Source: Candidatus Heimdallarchaeota archaeon (GTDB taxonomy: Archaea; Asgardarchaeota; Heimdallarchaeia; Heimdallarchaeales; Kariarchaeaceae). Taken from it: a stretch of DNA of 32,000 nucleotides. Positions 8,049 to 17,992 of the stretch are shown in pieces. Positions within the stretch are counted from its first letter, which is position 1. Each line of letters opens with the position of its first letter. A program made the translations under genes and the position numbers. The notes beneath the pieces are model-generated. The model ran no database searches and was not told the origin of the DNA. It was given only the letters and a program-made list of their open reading frames with translations. Location of the stretch: contig JASBSB010000001.1 in the NCBI GenBank assembly GCA_030149205.1, positions 840,001-872,000 on the forward strand, read 5' to 3'.

Positions 8049-9137
8049 TCATCTATGCTTCAGACCCCTTCTCCACCCCTTGAGAGGCACAATCAACAGA
8101 AATACAATCAAAAAAGGAAACAGTTGAAAGTTAATGAAGCTTGCTGATGGATCCAGATTTTTATCCCCACCAAATGTCATTGCAAGCTTTCCAGTCTGTA
8201 GATCCATTGAATAAAATACTCGAAAGTCAGATGTGATTAAAAGATTCTCTCCCCTAAGATCAAGATGATTGATTCTCTCTTTTGACCCTAGCGAGTGAGT
8301 GAGGTTAAAGATCAACCCTGTGGTTCGGGTAGCAAAAGCATATGAATAAATTACCCCATCAGAGGTCCCAATAATCACATGGGTCTGATTCACTCCCTTG
8401 GTCAGAGCTGTGACATTAGAGGCAATGCCAAGATCAAAGATATGGACACTCGAGTCAATCATCTGTATTCGATGGCCCTCTGTTACCAACAGAGATTGAC
8501 CCTGCCATGTCATTGATGAGGGTGTGGATTCAAAATTATATTTAGTGGTTAGATTTGGATTAAGAGCATTCATGATAATTACTGACCTGTTAGTCAACAA
8601 AATGGCAATCCTATCCTCGGCAGAGCTTACTTCAATCGATTCGACAGCCTGATGAAGGTTTACCAACTGAGAAGATTTGTTTTGTGAAGGACTATATCTG
8701 TACAAAGTCCCATTAGATACCGAGACTATCAGATCATTTGCCACCCAACCCAATGCCTCAAGTTTCATTGTGCTGTTGAGAGGCTTAAATTGATACAGAG
8801 GGTCATAGCTCTGGTTGTAGACCCTCAGTGAAGTTGAATTCATCACCGCAAGCATCTCTCCACTTTTGCTCCATTTTAGCTCAGAGGAGGAATTAGCCTT
8901 AATTAGCTCTAAACTCGAAAGATATTTTATAATCCCCCCTGTTGTTACATTCCAGGCAATTACCATGTTGTCCGATCCACTTGAAACAATGGTCTTCCCA
9001 TCAGGAGACCAGACAGCAGTTTTAACCGGGCCAGAATGGCCGTAAATTTGTAGAACAGTACCAGTTGACTGTTGAAGTGGTGTTCCTAATAGCATTATTG
9101 TTATAATTAAAAATGATAGTAATGTATTACATCTCAA
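8049..9137 (-). CDS. Secreted, membrane-anchored WD40-like beta-propeller protein
   Basis: Signal peptide. Canonical repeat GHSGPVKTAVWSPDGKTIVSSGSDNMVIAWNV followed by degenerate blades. About 12 sequons. C-terminal TM followed by WRRGLKHR. Confidence 0.85.
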   Translation of the reverse strand: MRCNTLLSFLIITIMLLGTPLQQSTGTVLQIYGHSGPVKTAVWSPDGKTIVSSGSDNMVIAWNVTTGGIIKYLSSLELIKANSSSELKWSKSGEMLAVMNSTSLRVYNQSYDPLYQFKPLNSTMKLEALGWVANDLIVSVSNGTLYRYSPSQNKSSQLVNLHQAVESIEVSSAEDRIAILLTNRSVIIMNALNPNLTTKYNFESTPSSMTWQGQSLLVTEGHRIQMIDSSVHIFDLGIASNVTALTKGVNQTHVIIGTSDGVIYSYAFATRTTGLIFNLTHSLGSKERINHLDLRGENLLITSDFRVFYSMDLQTGKLAMTFGGDKNLDPSASFINFQLFPFLIVFLLIVPLKGWRRGLKHR

Positions 9138-9502
9138 TATGTATCAGACCTCAATGATAAAGAAACTATAGAAATTTTGTAATTTCATAGTAGCATAAAT
9201 TATTATTTTAATATTATAAAAGTATTGTTGATAGAATATCTAAAATCATAAAACATCCATATAAATAATTTCGTAAAATTAGCGAAATTGTTAGCAAAAT
9301 ACATAATAATTTCTGATATTAGTAAATTTTAAGGGATATTTGTAAACCTTCATTTTTGTCCATATCTGTTTTCATACAAAAACCTTACAATAATATCAAT
9401 AGTAATGATCTGTTTAGGTTAAACCTACTACGAATAATATAACAAATCACACTATAGTAGCAATCCCAGGTGAAAATAAACTTCTGTTATTGTAATCATT
9501 TT

Positions 9503-9655
9503 ATGATGAACCAGTTCTCACTGCATTATATCGTGTTTTGGAACTCACAGGAGTGTGATGCATTCATCTCAGAGCTGAGGCAGTGCACTGGCTGGCAGGT
9601 GACTGAGGAGGAACCAGGGTTCATTGAAAGAGACAGCTATGAGTGTGTCTTCTAG
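9503..9655 (+). CDS. Putative small protein (about 50 aa) or gene fragment
   Basis: Locally GC-richer patch inside an AT-rich intergenic stretch. Codon choice (GAG, CTG, AGG, TTC, ATC) resembles neighbouring genes. ATG at 9503/9506 (ORF-track start 9470). Confidence 0.35.
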   Translation: MMNQFSLHYIVFWNSQECDAFISELRQCTGWQVTEEEPGFIERDSYECVF

Positions 9656-9829
9656 CGTAATTGATTGGATGTTTCACTGTCCCGTGTTCACACAAAAATA
9701 AAACTATTTTCCATGTTATTTTTTGATACCAGGATTCAAGGATGAAGACCTTAACCAATTTTTCTCAAAGCGGTCATATTACTACCTCGTGGAGAAAAAA
9801 TTTATACATAGATATTTTGGAATCAGCTT

Positions 9830-10624
9830 GTGAGATATAAAAATTCTTTTGACCTTAATCCAGGTTTATTAAAACTCTCAATTATTATTGGTGCTCTAAT
9901 TTTTGATTTTCTCTTACAAGGCTTCTTTTTGATCTTTTATCCAGCCACTCTGTTAGAGAGATTACTTTGGATATTTTCTGCAGCTGTGGTTGCTGGTCTC
10001 CTGTTCTTTCTGCTTATGGGTGTGTACTCTCGGTTTCTCTACCCGAAGGGAAAGGTTTGGGAAATACCAGAGCCTTTGATTACAATTGGTATAAGTATCT
10101 CATTCTTGGGGACTGTTTCCTATGATCTAAACAATCTTGTTGGGTATTTCTTCCTTTTTACCGGATTTAATCTTGTTGTGTTGGTCTACCTCCTATTCTT
10201 TAGGAAAAGCTTTTGGTACACCTTGAAGTTCCATGTCAATAATGACCAAATATTATTGATCTATTCATTTAGGATGATATTTGATTTCAAATTTGAGTAC
10301 CACTTGCAGAAGGATGAGTTTAACCTCAATCTGACCCATACAGAGAGCAAAAAATCCCCAATTTACGGAACATTAGAGAAACAGACCACTTTGGAAGAGG
10401 AAAAGGCTCATAAGTCAAGATATAACCTTTACTTAATTTCAACCAAGGCAGCACACGCAGTAGTGGAAAAGTACTTAATCTTTCAGGATGTTGATCTACA
10501 GCAGATCAAAGATTTCATTGACCTCCTTCAGAAAAATCAGATCCGAGTAAACTGGTACTCACCAAAGCAAAACCACTATCGAGCGGGGAGGCTGGTTGAA
10601 AAGGTGTCTCTAAGCAACCTCTAA
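9830..10624 (+). CDS. Multi-TM membrane protein with soluble C-terminal domain (family member 1)
   Basis: About 4 TM followed by a beta-rich domain with SRYNLYL and DLQQIKDFIDLL, similar to 12740-13609. Confidence 0.85.
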   Translation: MRYKNSFDLNPGLLKLSIIIGALIFDFLLQGFFLIFYPATLLERLLWIFSAAVVAGLLFFLLMGVYSRFLYPKGKVWEIPEPLITIGISISFLGTVSYDLNNLVGYFFLFTGFNLVVLVYLLFFRKSFWYTLKFHVNNDQILLIYSFRMIFDFKFEYHLQKDEFNLNLTHTESKKSPIYGTLEKQTTLEEEKAHKSRYNLYLISTKAAHAVVEKYLIFQDVDLQQIKDFIDLLQKNQIRVNWYSPKQNHYRAGRLVEKVSLSNL

Positions 10625-11071
10625 ATCCATTGTGATAACCTCTCTTTTGTAGATGTAGATCAACACAGGTGTCACATAGAAGAATACTGCTTCAAACACA
10701 GCATTGACGCCATAAAGGGATTTTCCCACATAGGCTATGATGGTTGAATATGAATTGGTAGCTGCTAACAACCAATATACATTTTTCTGAGTATGAATCA
10801 AAACCTTCTCCCGAAAGACGTTATTTGTTTTTTGAGAAAGGATATGGAGAAAAGTAAACAGAAGTGCGAACACCATCACAAAAAGGATCAGCTCGAGGAT
10901 AAACAGGTTCTGTATTGAGGATATCAGTACTATTAACGGCGAACCCTGTACTGATGAAAAATCCATCTGAGTCGCCGGGACAAGAAAAAATATTGCCAGA
11001 ATTAAAAGAGGATTGATGATGAAGACTAAATGTAGAAAGCTGTCTAATAAAGCTGTATTTTTGTTCTTCAC
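10610..11071 (-). CDS. Hypothetical membrane protein (about 4 TM)
   Basis: 153-aa hydrophobic ORF with a 15-bp convergent overlap with 9830-10624. Confidence 0.75.
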   Translation of the reverse strand: MKNKNTALLDSFLHLVFIINPLLILAIFFLVPATQMDFSSVQGSPLIVLISSIQNLFILELILFVMVFALLFTFLHILSQKTNNVFREKVLIHTQKNVYWLLAATNSYSTIIAYVGKSLYGVNAVFEAVFFYVTPVLIYIYKREVITMDLEVA

Positions 11072-11492
11072 ATTCTTCAGTTTATTTTTGTATTCTTAAA
11101 AGATTTGATGAAGCTTGCCCAGTTGAAAAGAATCCACTTAATTCGTTATAATATAAAGATTTTACCTTAATTGGAATGTTTCAGAAACCTTTGATATTAG
11201 GTCAAGGAAAATTTCTACTTTCTCTCAAGACAGATCCATTTCAAAAGGGATTTTGTTTTAAACGACCTCCCCTTTGATTAGGCTTTTATTCAATTTCTTA
11301 CGGATTGAGATTAATATTATCTTCTCACAAAATATCAAATTCATATAAACCATTGTTATGATTCAGTGGAACAGTACAACTAACCTCAGTTGTTCTTTAA
11401 TAAACTAAACCTATTTGAAAAATTTCAGCTATGTTGAGGAATACATGAATGTGAATCGTCTGGTGTTGAACTCAAATACAATTCAGCTCAAG

Positions 11493-11523
11493 AAAGTAGA
11501 AAAGTAGAATTGTAGATAATCTA
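11493..11523. promoter_or_regulatory. Candidate TA operator: three GTAGA repeats at 8-bp spacing plus palindrome TAGAT-A-ATCTA
   Basis: GTAGA at 11496, 11504 and 11512. Palindrome at 11513-11523, about 27 bp upstream of the antitoxin ATG. Confidence 0.4.
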
Positions 11524-11549
11524 AAATATGTATGTGTGAATCATAAACT

Positions 11550-11813
11550 ATGGCATCAACAGTTAAACTAAGAGATCGGGACAAGAAACGCCTGGATGAG
11601 CTACGAGCAAAGCTCTTGCTTCAAGGTATAAGCCTCAATCAGGAGGAACTGCTTGCCAAACTTGTGGATCTTGGTGAGAATTTTCTCCTGATTGATACTC
11701 TCCCCATGAGGAAACTCAGCCAGAAGAAAAAGGAAAGCATACTTAAGCGAGGATTTGACCTTGGCGTGACTTCGGAGGAGACAATTGATTCTGAGTTGTA
11801 TGGAAGTGGGTAG
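11550..11813 (+). CDS. vapB: VapB-like antitoxin with RHH-type DNA-binding N-terminus
   Basis: 87 aa, STVKLRDRDKKRLDEL..NQEELLAKLVD, acidic tail, immediately upstream of a PIN gene. Confidence 0.8.
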   Translation: MASTVKLRDRDKKRLDELRAKLLLQGISLNQEELLAKLVDLGENFLLIDTLPMRKLSQKKKESILKRGFDLGVTSEETIDSELYGSG

Positions 11814-12245
11814 TTGGCGATATTATTTGACACAGGATACCTACTTGCCTTTTACAACACGAAAGATGTAAATCATAGCAAGGTGGCTGAAAGTTACAAG
11901 GCATTAGTGGAGGGAGAGTATGGTATACCAATTCTTCTTGATTATGTTTTTGATGAGCTTGTCACCTTGATACAGGTCAGAACAAAAAGAAATGATCTTG
12001 CAACAGAGATAGGAAGATTAATTTTGGAAGATACAAAAGAGTTTGTCCAGTTTGTAAAGGTTGGTCAGAGAGATTTTGAGGGGGGGTGGAGGTTGTTTCA
12101 AGAACAAACTGGTTCGAAGTTCCTCTCATTTACTGACTGTGTTTTGATTGCCTATGCAGGCTCCAACAATATTTCGAAGGTTGCTGGGCTAGACAATCAG
12201 TTCCGCTCTTTTCTTCAGTTGATTCCTGAAGATATCACTCTATAA
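11814..12245 (+). CDS. vapC: VapC-like PIN-domain ribonuclease toxin
   Basis: PIN acidic residues in ILFDTG, DYVFDELVT, LSFTDC and GLDNQF. 143 aa. Confidence 0.92.
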   Translation: MAILFDTGYLLAFYNTKDVNHSKVAESYKALVEGEYGIPILLDYVFDELVTLIQVRTKRNDLATEIGRLILEDTKEFVQFVKVGQRDFEGGWRLFQEQTGSKFLSFTDCVLIAYAGSNNISKVAGLDNQFRSFLQLIPEDITL

Positions 12246-12739
12246 CCTCTGAAAGGATTGAGATTCACTCACCTATCTAAACCCAGTAATTGGCAAGATC
12301 ATCTGAAATGATGTATTTTTGCAGTTTTAATTAACAATATTGAATTTTAAATGGAATTTAACTATTAGTTCTAATATATTCTAATTTAATAATATTTTTG
12401 CTAACTATTTGTTATTTATTTATTAGTTTTAGTGATGAATGAATCTTGATAGATGGATTTTTTTAAAATATGCCTACGTTTGTTGAACATTAAACTAACT
12501 TGGACAAATTAGTTAAAAGTTTTTAAATTCAGATATTACGTCATTTTTCTGCATCGTAGAATTATTTTAAAAATTCAGTTTTCAATAACATAAAATCATT
12601 CTGAAAGGTTTTTTATACACAGCACTGAATTAATTTTAAGAGAGTTATTCTCTCAGGAAAATACCTCTGGGTTTAGAATAAGGGAAGTGTATAGATCTCA
12701 AGACCCAGAAGATGTTTCAACATTTTAGTTGAAGGTGAG

Positions 12740-13609
12740 TTGTATTTGTCAGTTAATTATATCACATCCAACAAGCTTGTGTTTGACCGTAAAATTGTAC
12801 GGTTTGATTCTCTCATATATTTGATTGGAGGTGTCTTGTTCTTAGTATTCGGAAGTGTCGGTGTTCTGTTAAGACCACAAGCACTAAACTCAGATTTCTT
12901 ACCTACTGCTCTTCTCCTGCTAGGAGTTGGAGTCGGCTCTGCAATTGTAATCATTGTGTTAACACAGTTCATGGGGGCTTACTTTAGAGGTTTATACAGT
13001 CTTCCTCGATTTCTCGAGCAAATAGCAGTAGCCACGATCTTACCTATTATAATTGTATTGACTTCTCTAAATTTTTTAGGTATATCTCAAGTTCTCTTAT
13101 TTTCTGGAGTAATTCTTTTTCTATATATTCAAGGGTTGTTTTTACTCTATAACTCATATTACATGAAAACCGCAGAGAGCAACAAATTTATAGAGAAGAC
13201 TGAAAATCAGGTTAAAATCCACTATAAGATGAGGATCCCCCTTGCCAGTGGAAAGATGATTTACAATAATTTCTTTGAATTGACTGTGCCACTTGAAGAG
13301 AGATTGAACTTTATTCTAGTTAGGAACAAAAACAGAAACTTATTCCTCAGTGAGACAGAGATTATTTCTAGGAAAGAGATAAATTTATCACCAGAAAACT
13401 CAAGGTTCGACATTTATCTGCTCCATAGAAAAGAAGCCTTGAAACCCTATACAGAGGGGGTATTACTTAGCAAAGATCTAAGTAAGAATGATCTAAACAA
13501 GATTCAGAGCTTACTCGACAAATTTATCCACTATGAATTTTTAGGAAATGAGAAAATTGGGGACCATTTTACTTTTTATTATGATAAGATCATTTTAAAA
13601 CAAACCTGA
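12740..13609 (+). CDS. Multi-TM membrane protein with soluble C-terminal domain (family member 2)
   Basis: GGTGA SD upstream (TTG at 12740 or 12746). About 4 TM. SRFDIYLL and DLNKIQSLLDKF motifs. Confidence 0.85.
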   Translation: MYLSVNYITSNKLVFDRKIVRFDSLIYLIGGVLFLVFGSVGVLLRPQALNSDFLPTALLLLGVGVGSAIVIIVLTQFMGAYFRGLYSLPRFLEQIAVATILPIIIVLTSLNFLGISQVLLFSGVILFLYIQGLFLLYNSYYMKTAESNKFIEKTENQVKIHYKMRIPLASGKMIYNNFFELTVPLEERLNFILVRNKNRNLFLSETEIISRKEINLSPENSRFDIYLLHRKEALKPYTEGVLLSKDLSKNDLNKIQSLLDKFIHYEFLGNEKIGDHFTFYYDKIILKQT

Positions 13610-13630
13610 GGCAATTGGAGTGTTTTAATA

Positions 13631-14635
13631 ATGATCCTGAAATCTATTGTTATTGAGAGGCTCTACAGATTCATGGGGCTTGATCAGGATCTAAAGATCA
13701 TAGAAGGAAAAGACAAACTTACCCTGATCCCTAACGAGAGTAAAACAAAAATCGTTCTTCTTATAATTCCAGTATTAGGTTTGGTTCTCTATGGTGCTGT
13801 GCAGGTGCATTATATCGATCAGTTTGTCTATCGTCACTACACATTCTCTATTTCAGACCTTTTCTGGGTGCTAGGCCTTCCCATTCTTGTGTATCTCCTC
13901 ATAATTTTTGGGTTGACAAGGTTAACAGCTCTAAGAAAAATGATGCGAACTACCCCGATATTTTATTATAGTTTGGTTGTGACAGTATCAATAGTAGTCA
14001 CACCATCAGCCTTTTATTCTACACCATTCTTCAGTTTCGACCATATAGTGACAAAAAGTGACTTTTTGTATTTATTCGCATTTAATAACTTTGCTTTGAT
14101 CATCTATTTGACCTTAACACACCTTGCACTCTCTCTTCACTCGACTATCATTTTAGAGAAAAGAGGGAAGGACATCCTTGGATACTCATATTACAGCTAT
14201 TACATCCTTCCCTTTGTAAAGATTCAGAACAATCTAACCTATAAATCACTTGAACCAAACAAGATGAGGTTTTTCCTAAGAGACTGGACTAAAGAGAGGA
14301 ATGTAAAATTAGGAGACGAGGCAGAGATATATTCCTCTTATTCTTACACCTTTGATGAGTTTCTAAACCTTAAAGAGACCCCCAGAAAGTACTTCATTTT
14401 GGGGCTGTATGGTCCACTTGAACAGGATGCACGCTTAATAGGAACACAAATACTGATATCTTCAAAGAAAAAGGACATACTTGACTGTATCCAAAGGATC
14501 TCCAGATTCTGTGAGGTTGAGATCGTGAAGGTTCCAGCATCATTTCTGAAAAGTTACCTGACCGGAGAATTTAAGTATATCCCAGCCAAAGAAGGTGAGT
14601 CTCCTGAACAAATCTTAACTGATATGAAAACATAA
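13631..14635 (+). CDS. Multi-TM membrane protein with soluble C-terminal domain (probable family member 3)
   Basis: 21 bp after 13609, so likely co-transcribed. About 4 TM then a soluble domain with weaker similarity to members 1 and 2. Confidence 0.85.
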   Translation: MILKSIVIERLYRFMGLDQDLKIIEGKDKLTLIPNESKTKIVLLIIPVLGLVLYGAVQVHYIDQFVYRHYTFSISDLFWVLGLPILVYLLIIFGLTRLTALRKMMRTTPIFYYSLVVTVSIVVTPSAFYSTPFFSFDHIVTKSDFLYLFAFNNFALIIYLTLTHLALSLHSTIILEKRGKDILGYSYYSYYILPFVKIQNNLTYKSLEPNKMRFFLRDWTKERNVKLGDEAEIYSSYSYTFDEFLNLKETPRKYFILGLYGPLEQDARLIGTQILISSKKKDILDCIQRISRFCEVEIVKVPASFLKSYLTGEFKYIPAKEGESPEQILTDMKT

Positions 14636-14962
14636 TCCATTATTGTTGAAATTCTAAGTATATTTACAATATGCTTAATATTATTAATTGTGATTCAGAT
14701 TAAATCAGTATTTTAAAAATATTGTATTGTGGTATTTAAAAATAAACAGAAGGATATGGATATGATTTGCTTTAATTAGGCATGTAAACCATTCTTAAGA
14801 TAATCCCACAGTTAAAGGGATTCAAACAATTGCAAACTTTACGGTAAAATTTTTGGTGAAAATACTATTTATTATACAACCGCTATTTTTGAGAAAAAAA
14901 TTAGTGAAAAAAATCAGATTAGTTGTAGATAAAATAAATAGTATGGTTGCTGATGTTATAAT

Positions 14963-15529
14963 ATGAGTAATTACAGCTCTACAGAAAATGGATTGCAGAA
15001 AAAGGTACCTCAATCAAATTCAAATAGATTAGAGTTTAAATATTTGGTATTTTTAATACTCTATATTTTCACAGTTTTAGTCTCAGGTTTCTTTTACGGA
15101 TACCCACCCTTCAAAAACACATGGTATCCATTAATTGGATTTCTGATTTACGGTTTGGTCTTAATGTCATTTGCACTTTTTCAATTCTATCAATACAAAA
15201 AATTACAAAAGTCCGTTCCCAAAGCTTTAACATTATTTCTGTTTGATTGTATTTTTTTATTAAGTTATGCAATATCCGACCTTTTTTTAAGCTATACATT
15301 CCTACCTCTATTTAACACTTACATGCCTTCTTCCAACACAATAATTCTTTCAATTGGATCCATCTATATTAGTTGGTACATGATGGGGAGAATCCTAGCT
15401 ATTTTATTTGCTTTGGTTATTGTTCTCATCAGGGCAATATTCGTCTTAAGAAATCAGTATTCAACGATACTGATCTTTCCATTTTTAGCATTTATTCCAA
15501 ACAAATATCAAAATTCTTTGAAGAGTTAA
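14963..15529 (+). CDS. Hypothetical membrane protein (4-5 TM)
   Basis: 188-aa hydrophobic, AT-rich ORF. Confidence 0.75.
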   Translation: MSNYSSTENGLQKKVPQSNSNRLEFKYLVFLILYIFTVLVSGFFYGYPPFKNTWYPLIGFLIYGLVLMSFALFQFYQYKKLQKSVPKALTLFLFDCIFLLSYAISDLFLSYTFLPLFNTYMPSSNTIILSIGSIYISWYMMGRILAILFALVIVLIRAIFVLRNQYSTILIFPFLAFIPNKYQNSLKS

Positions 15530-16045
15530 AACTTAAGGAGTAACAACCTCTAAAAATTAAAGCTCAGGTACTCATTAAATTTCCTGCTACATTTGACTTT
15601 TCTTGGAGAGGGGGATGTGTTCCTATGTAACAGACAACCCTCAAATTTAGTTTGTATCCTTCAACCTATGAGCTTTTGAAACCTGTGAGTTGATTGTCGG
15701 TAACTTGATCCAAAATATCTTATGAACCTCTAAATTTACCTACCATTAATTTTCAAATTGACAAGAATCAGAGTTTAGAGATTAATAGGAATTTACACAT
15801 AGAATCTTATTTTAAATTTACTTTTGTCGTTTAGCTATGCCTAAACGCAATTACAAGAATTTTGAATTAAAACCAACTTCAAATATCCCACTATTAAATT
15901 AGAACAGATATGACATCTTTGGAATTTAGTTTGATACTTAAAAAAGAGCATTACCACAATATCTGAGACTGACCATATTATTTTCATAATTAGATGAACA
16001 AATTACAATCTTATTAATCAATTTAACGTCATATCTAATAAGTTA

Positions 16046-16858
16046 TCACATATCTTTTCTCCAATCAGGGTTCTCCTTAAGTCTTTCGTACTCTTTTTGC
16101 AAATCTATTAAATTAGCTATTTTAGTATTATCTTCAACAGAGAGTTTAAGATTCTCTAAAGACTCTTCAAATAAAGAATGATATTGATTTCTGTTTTTCT
16201 CTAGAATTATCTGTCTATTAGAAACTGCACGATTATTTGAATTTTTACCAATCACAGATTTTCGTCGTGTAATCCGAACTGGGATTTCTTCAAGATTGAA
16301 CTGAGTGATCATGTAATGTGAGAAGAATGAAGGAGTTTTAACTGACCTATATTTATTCAAATTTGATGAAACCGTAAATAAAATGTCTCCTCTTTGCGTC
16401 ACCTCCTTATTTTTTAAAATATCATTCCCATTTGAATAGTTACCTTTAATAGGTTCTCTATGTGCCAAAATAATGATGGGTGAAACGGTTTCAGATAAAA
16501 TTATTTTCAATTTCTCTTGCATAAAATAATCTTTTAATGCACTTATAAACATAGAAGGGGGTTCTGTTTGGTCTAACATATCTTTAATTGCCATATAATC
16601 CCCATAAGATATTTCTTTTCCATATGCAACTTTTTGGTTAAATGTAAAATTCCAATTTTTCATATGTTCTTGAAATTCAATTTGACTGTCTCTAGAAAGT
16701 TTATTGACCAAAAATTGATTCGGGTAGCCATATATTTTAGTATTTCTCAAGAAAGACACATTGTTTTCAAATTTCGAAGGAAGAACACCCTTGATTTTCC
16801 CAAAGTAGGATGCGGCTTTTTCATGAAAATCCCAAAATTCATAGGATTTAACAGACAT
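16046..16858 (-). CDS. Hypothetical soluble protein
   Basis: 270-aa ORF in very AT-rich DNA, too long to be likely by chance. No TM and no recognisable motif. Confidence 0.75.
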   Translation of the reverse strand: MSVKSYEFWDFHEKAASYFGKIKGVLPSKFENNVSFLRNTKIYGYPNQFLVNKLSRDSQIEFQEHMKNWNFTFNQKVAYGKEISYGDYMAIKDMLDQTEPPSMFISALKDYFMQEKLKIILSETVSPIIILAHREPIKGNYSNGNDILKNKEVTQRGDILFTVSSNLNKYRSVKTPSFFSHYMITQFNLEEIPVRITRRKSVIGKNSNNRAVSNRQIILEKNRNQYHSLFEESLENLKLSVEDNTKIANLIDLQKEYERLKENPDWRKDM

Positions 16859-17191
16859 AACTCTTGCAATGTTTCCAATATAATAGCATTTTTCTAATTT
16901 ATACGTTTAATTTATCATATTGAAATTTTTTGTAAGCTTAGATTAATTAAAAGAGTTGTATATTATTTAAATTTCAAATTGACTCTAAATTCCCCAACTC
17001 AAACTGGGTTAATTAGTGCGAAGAATATTAATTGTAACCATATCAAGGTCTTATTTTCACAAATCTTAACATGATGAATGATAGTTAGTACATTGACTCT
17101 TATTTTTCGAATTAAAGGATTAAATAAATTTTTGGACTTAATTTTTCTGTATTGTTAGAAGATGAATTGACTCAAAAATTAATGTGAAGGT

Positions 17192-17992
17192 CTATTCCTC
17201 AATCATGTGCTTCATCCGCTTTGTGACCATATTAGTCGCATATTTTGGGGCAACTTTGTACATGAAATTCATCATCTTGGAGTCCCTGCCTGTGTAGATC
17301 CAGATTTTGTTCTTTTCCATCCCTTTAATCACAATCCTTGCAACCTCTGAAGGTTGGAGTGCCTGACCCTCCTGATCTTCTGCATCCATAGGCATGTCAA
17401 GGCCCGAGTTTGTTGTGATATTTGTGGCTGTGGCACCAGGGAAGACAACTGAGACTTTGACCTTCGTATCAGCTAACTCAGAACGTAACCCTTCAGTCAT
17501 GATCTTGACTGCTGCCTTGCTAGCCCCATAGATGCTCTGCCCTGGAAAGGGAAAGAATCCACCCATACTTGAGACGTTGACAATATGCGCTTCTGGCCTC
17601 TCAAGTAGGTGTGGTAAGAATGATTTGACCATGTAAAGAGTTCCATAGAAGTTCACCCTCATAACTCGATCAATTACATCGTAATCCAAAGCATTGATTG
17701 TTACAAATGGCTGAATGATCCCTGCACAATTGATCAGCCCATCTATCACACCAAACCTACCTATGACCTGTTGTGGTAGAGCTTCAACGCTTTCTCTTTC
17801 AGTTATATTTATCCTATATACTGAGATGTTGTCTTTGCTTGCTCCGGCAAGTGAAACAGTTTCCTGTAGGGTCTGCTCATTAATATCGACTGCAGCCACT
17901 TTGGCACCTTTCTCTAATAGATGAAGAACCAATGCACGTCCTATCCCACTTCCTCCACCAGTTACAACGATAATCTTATCTTTAACCTTCAT
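17192..17992 (-). CDS. Short-chain dehydrogenase/reductase (SDR)
   Basis: TGGGSGIG, INCAG, NVSS, YGASK (YxxxK) and FPG. ATG at 17992 (ORF-track start 18013). Confidence 0.95.
   Translation of the reverse strand: MKVKDKIIVVTGGGSGIGRALVLHLLEKGAKVAAVDINEQTLQETVSLAGASKDNISVYRINITERESVEALPQQVIGRFGVIDGLINCAGIIQPFVTINALDYDVIDRVMRVNFYGTLYMVKSFLPHLLERPEAHIVNVSSMGGFFPFPGQSIYGASKAAVKIMTEGLRSELADTKVKVSVVFPGATATNITTNSGLDMPMDAEDQEGQALQPSEVARIVIKGMEKNKIWIYTGRDSKMMNFMYKVAPKYATNMVTKRMKHMIEE

Noticed and set aside
9240-12460. Loose similarity between AT-rich intergenic tracts (GTTAGCAAAA at about 9290 and in reverse at about 12400)
   Set aside because: Only about 10 bp match in >80% AT DNA and flank spacing differs. 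This is not evidence of element ends.
15560-15720. Minus-frame fragment VEGYKLNLRVVCYIGTHPP and an imperfect hairpin at 15608-15642
   Set aside because: Short, bounded by stops, and the hairpin has several bulges. Either could be chance.
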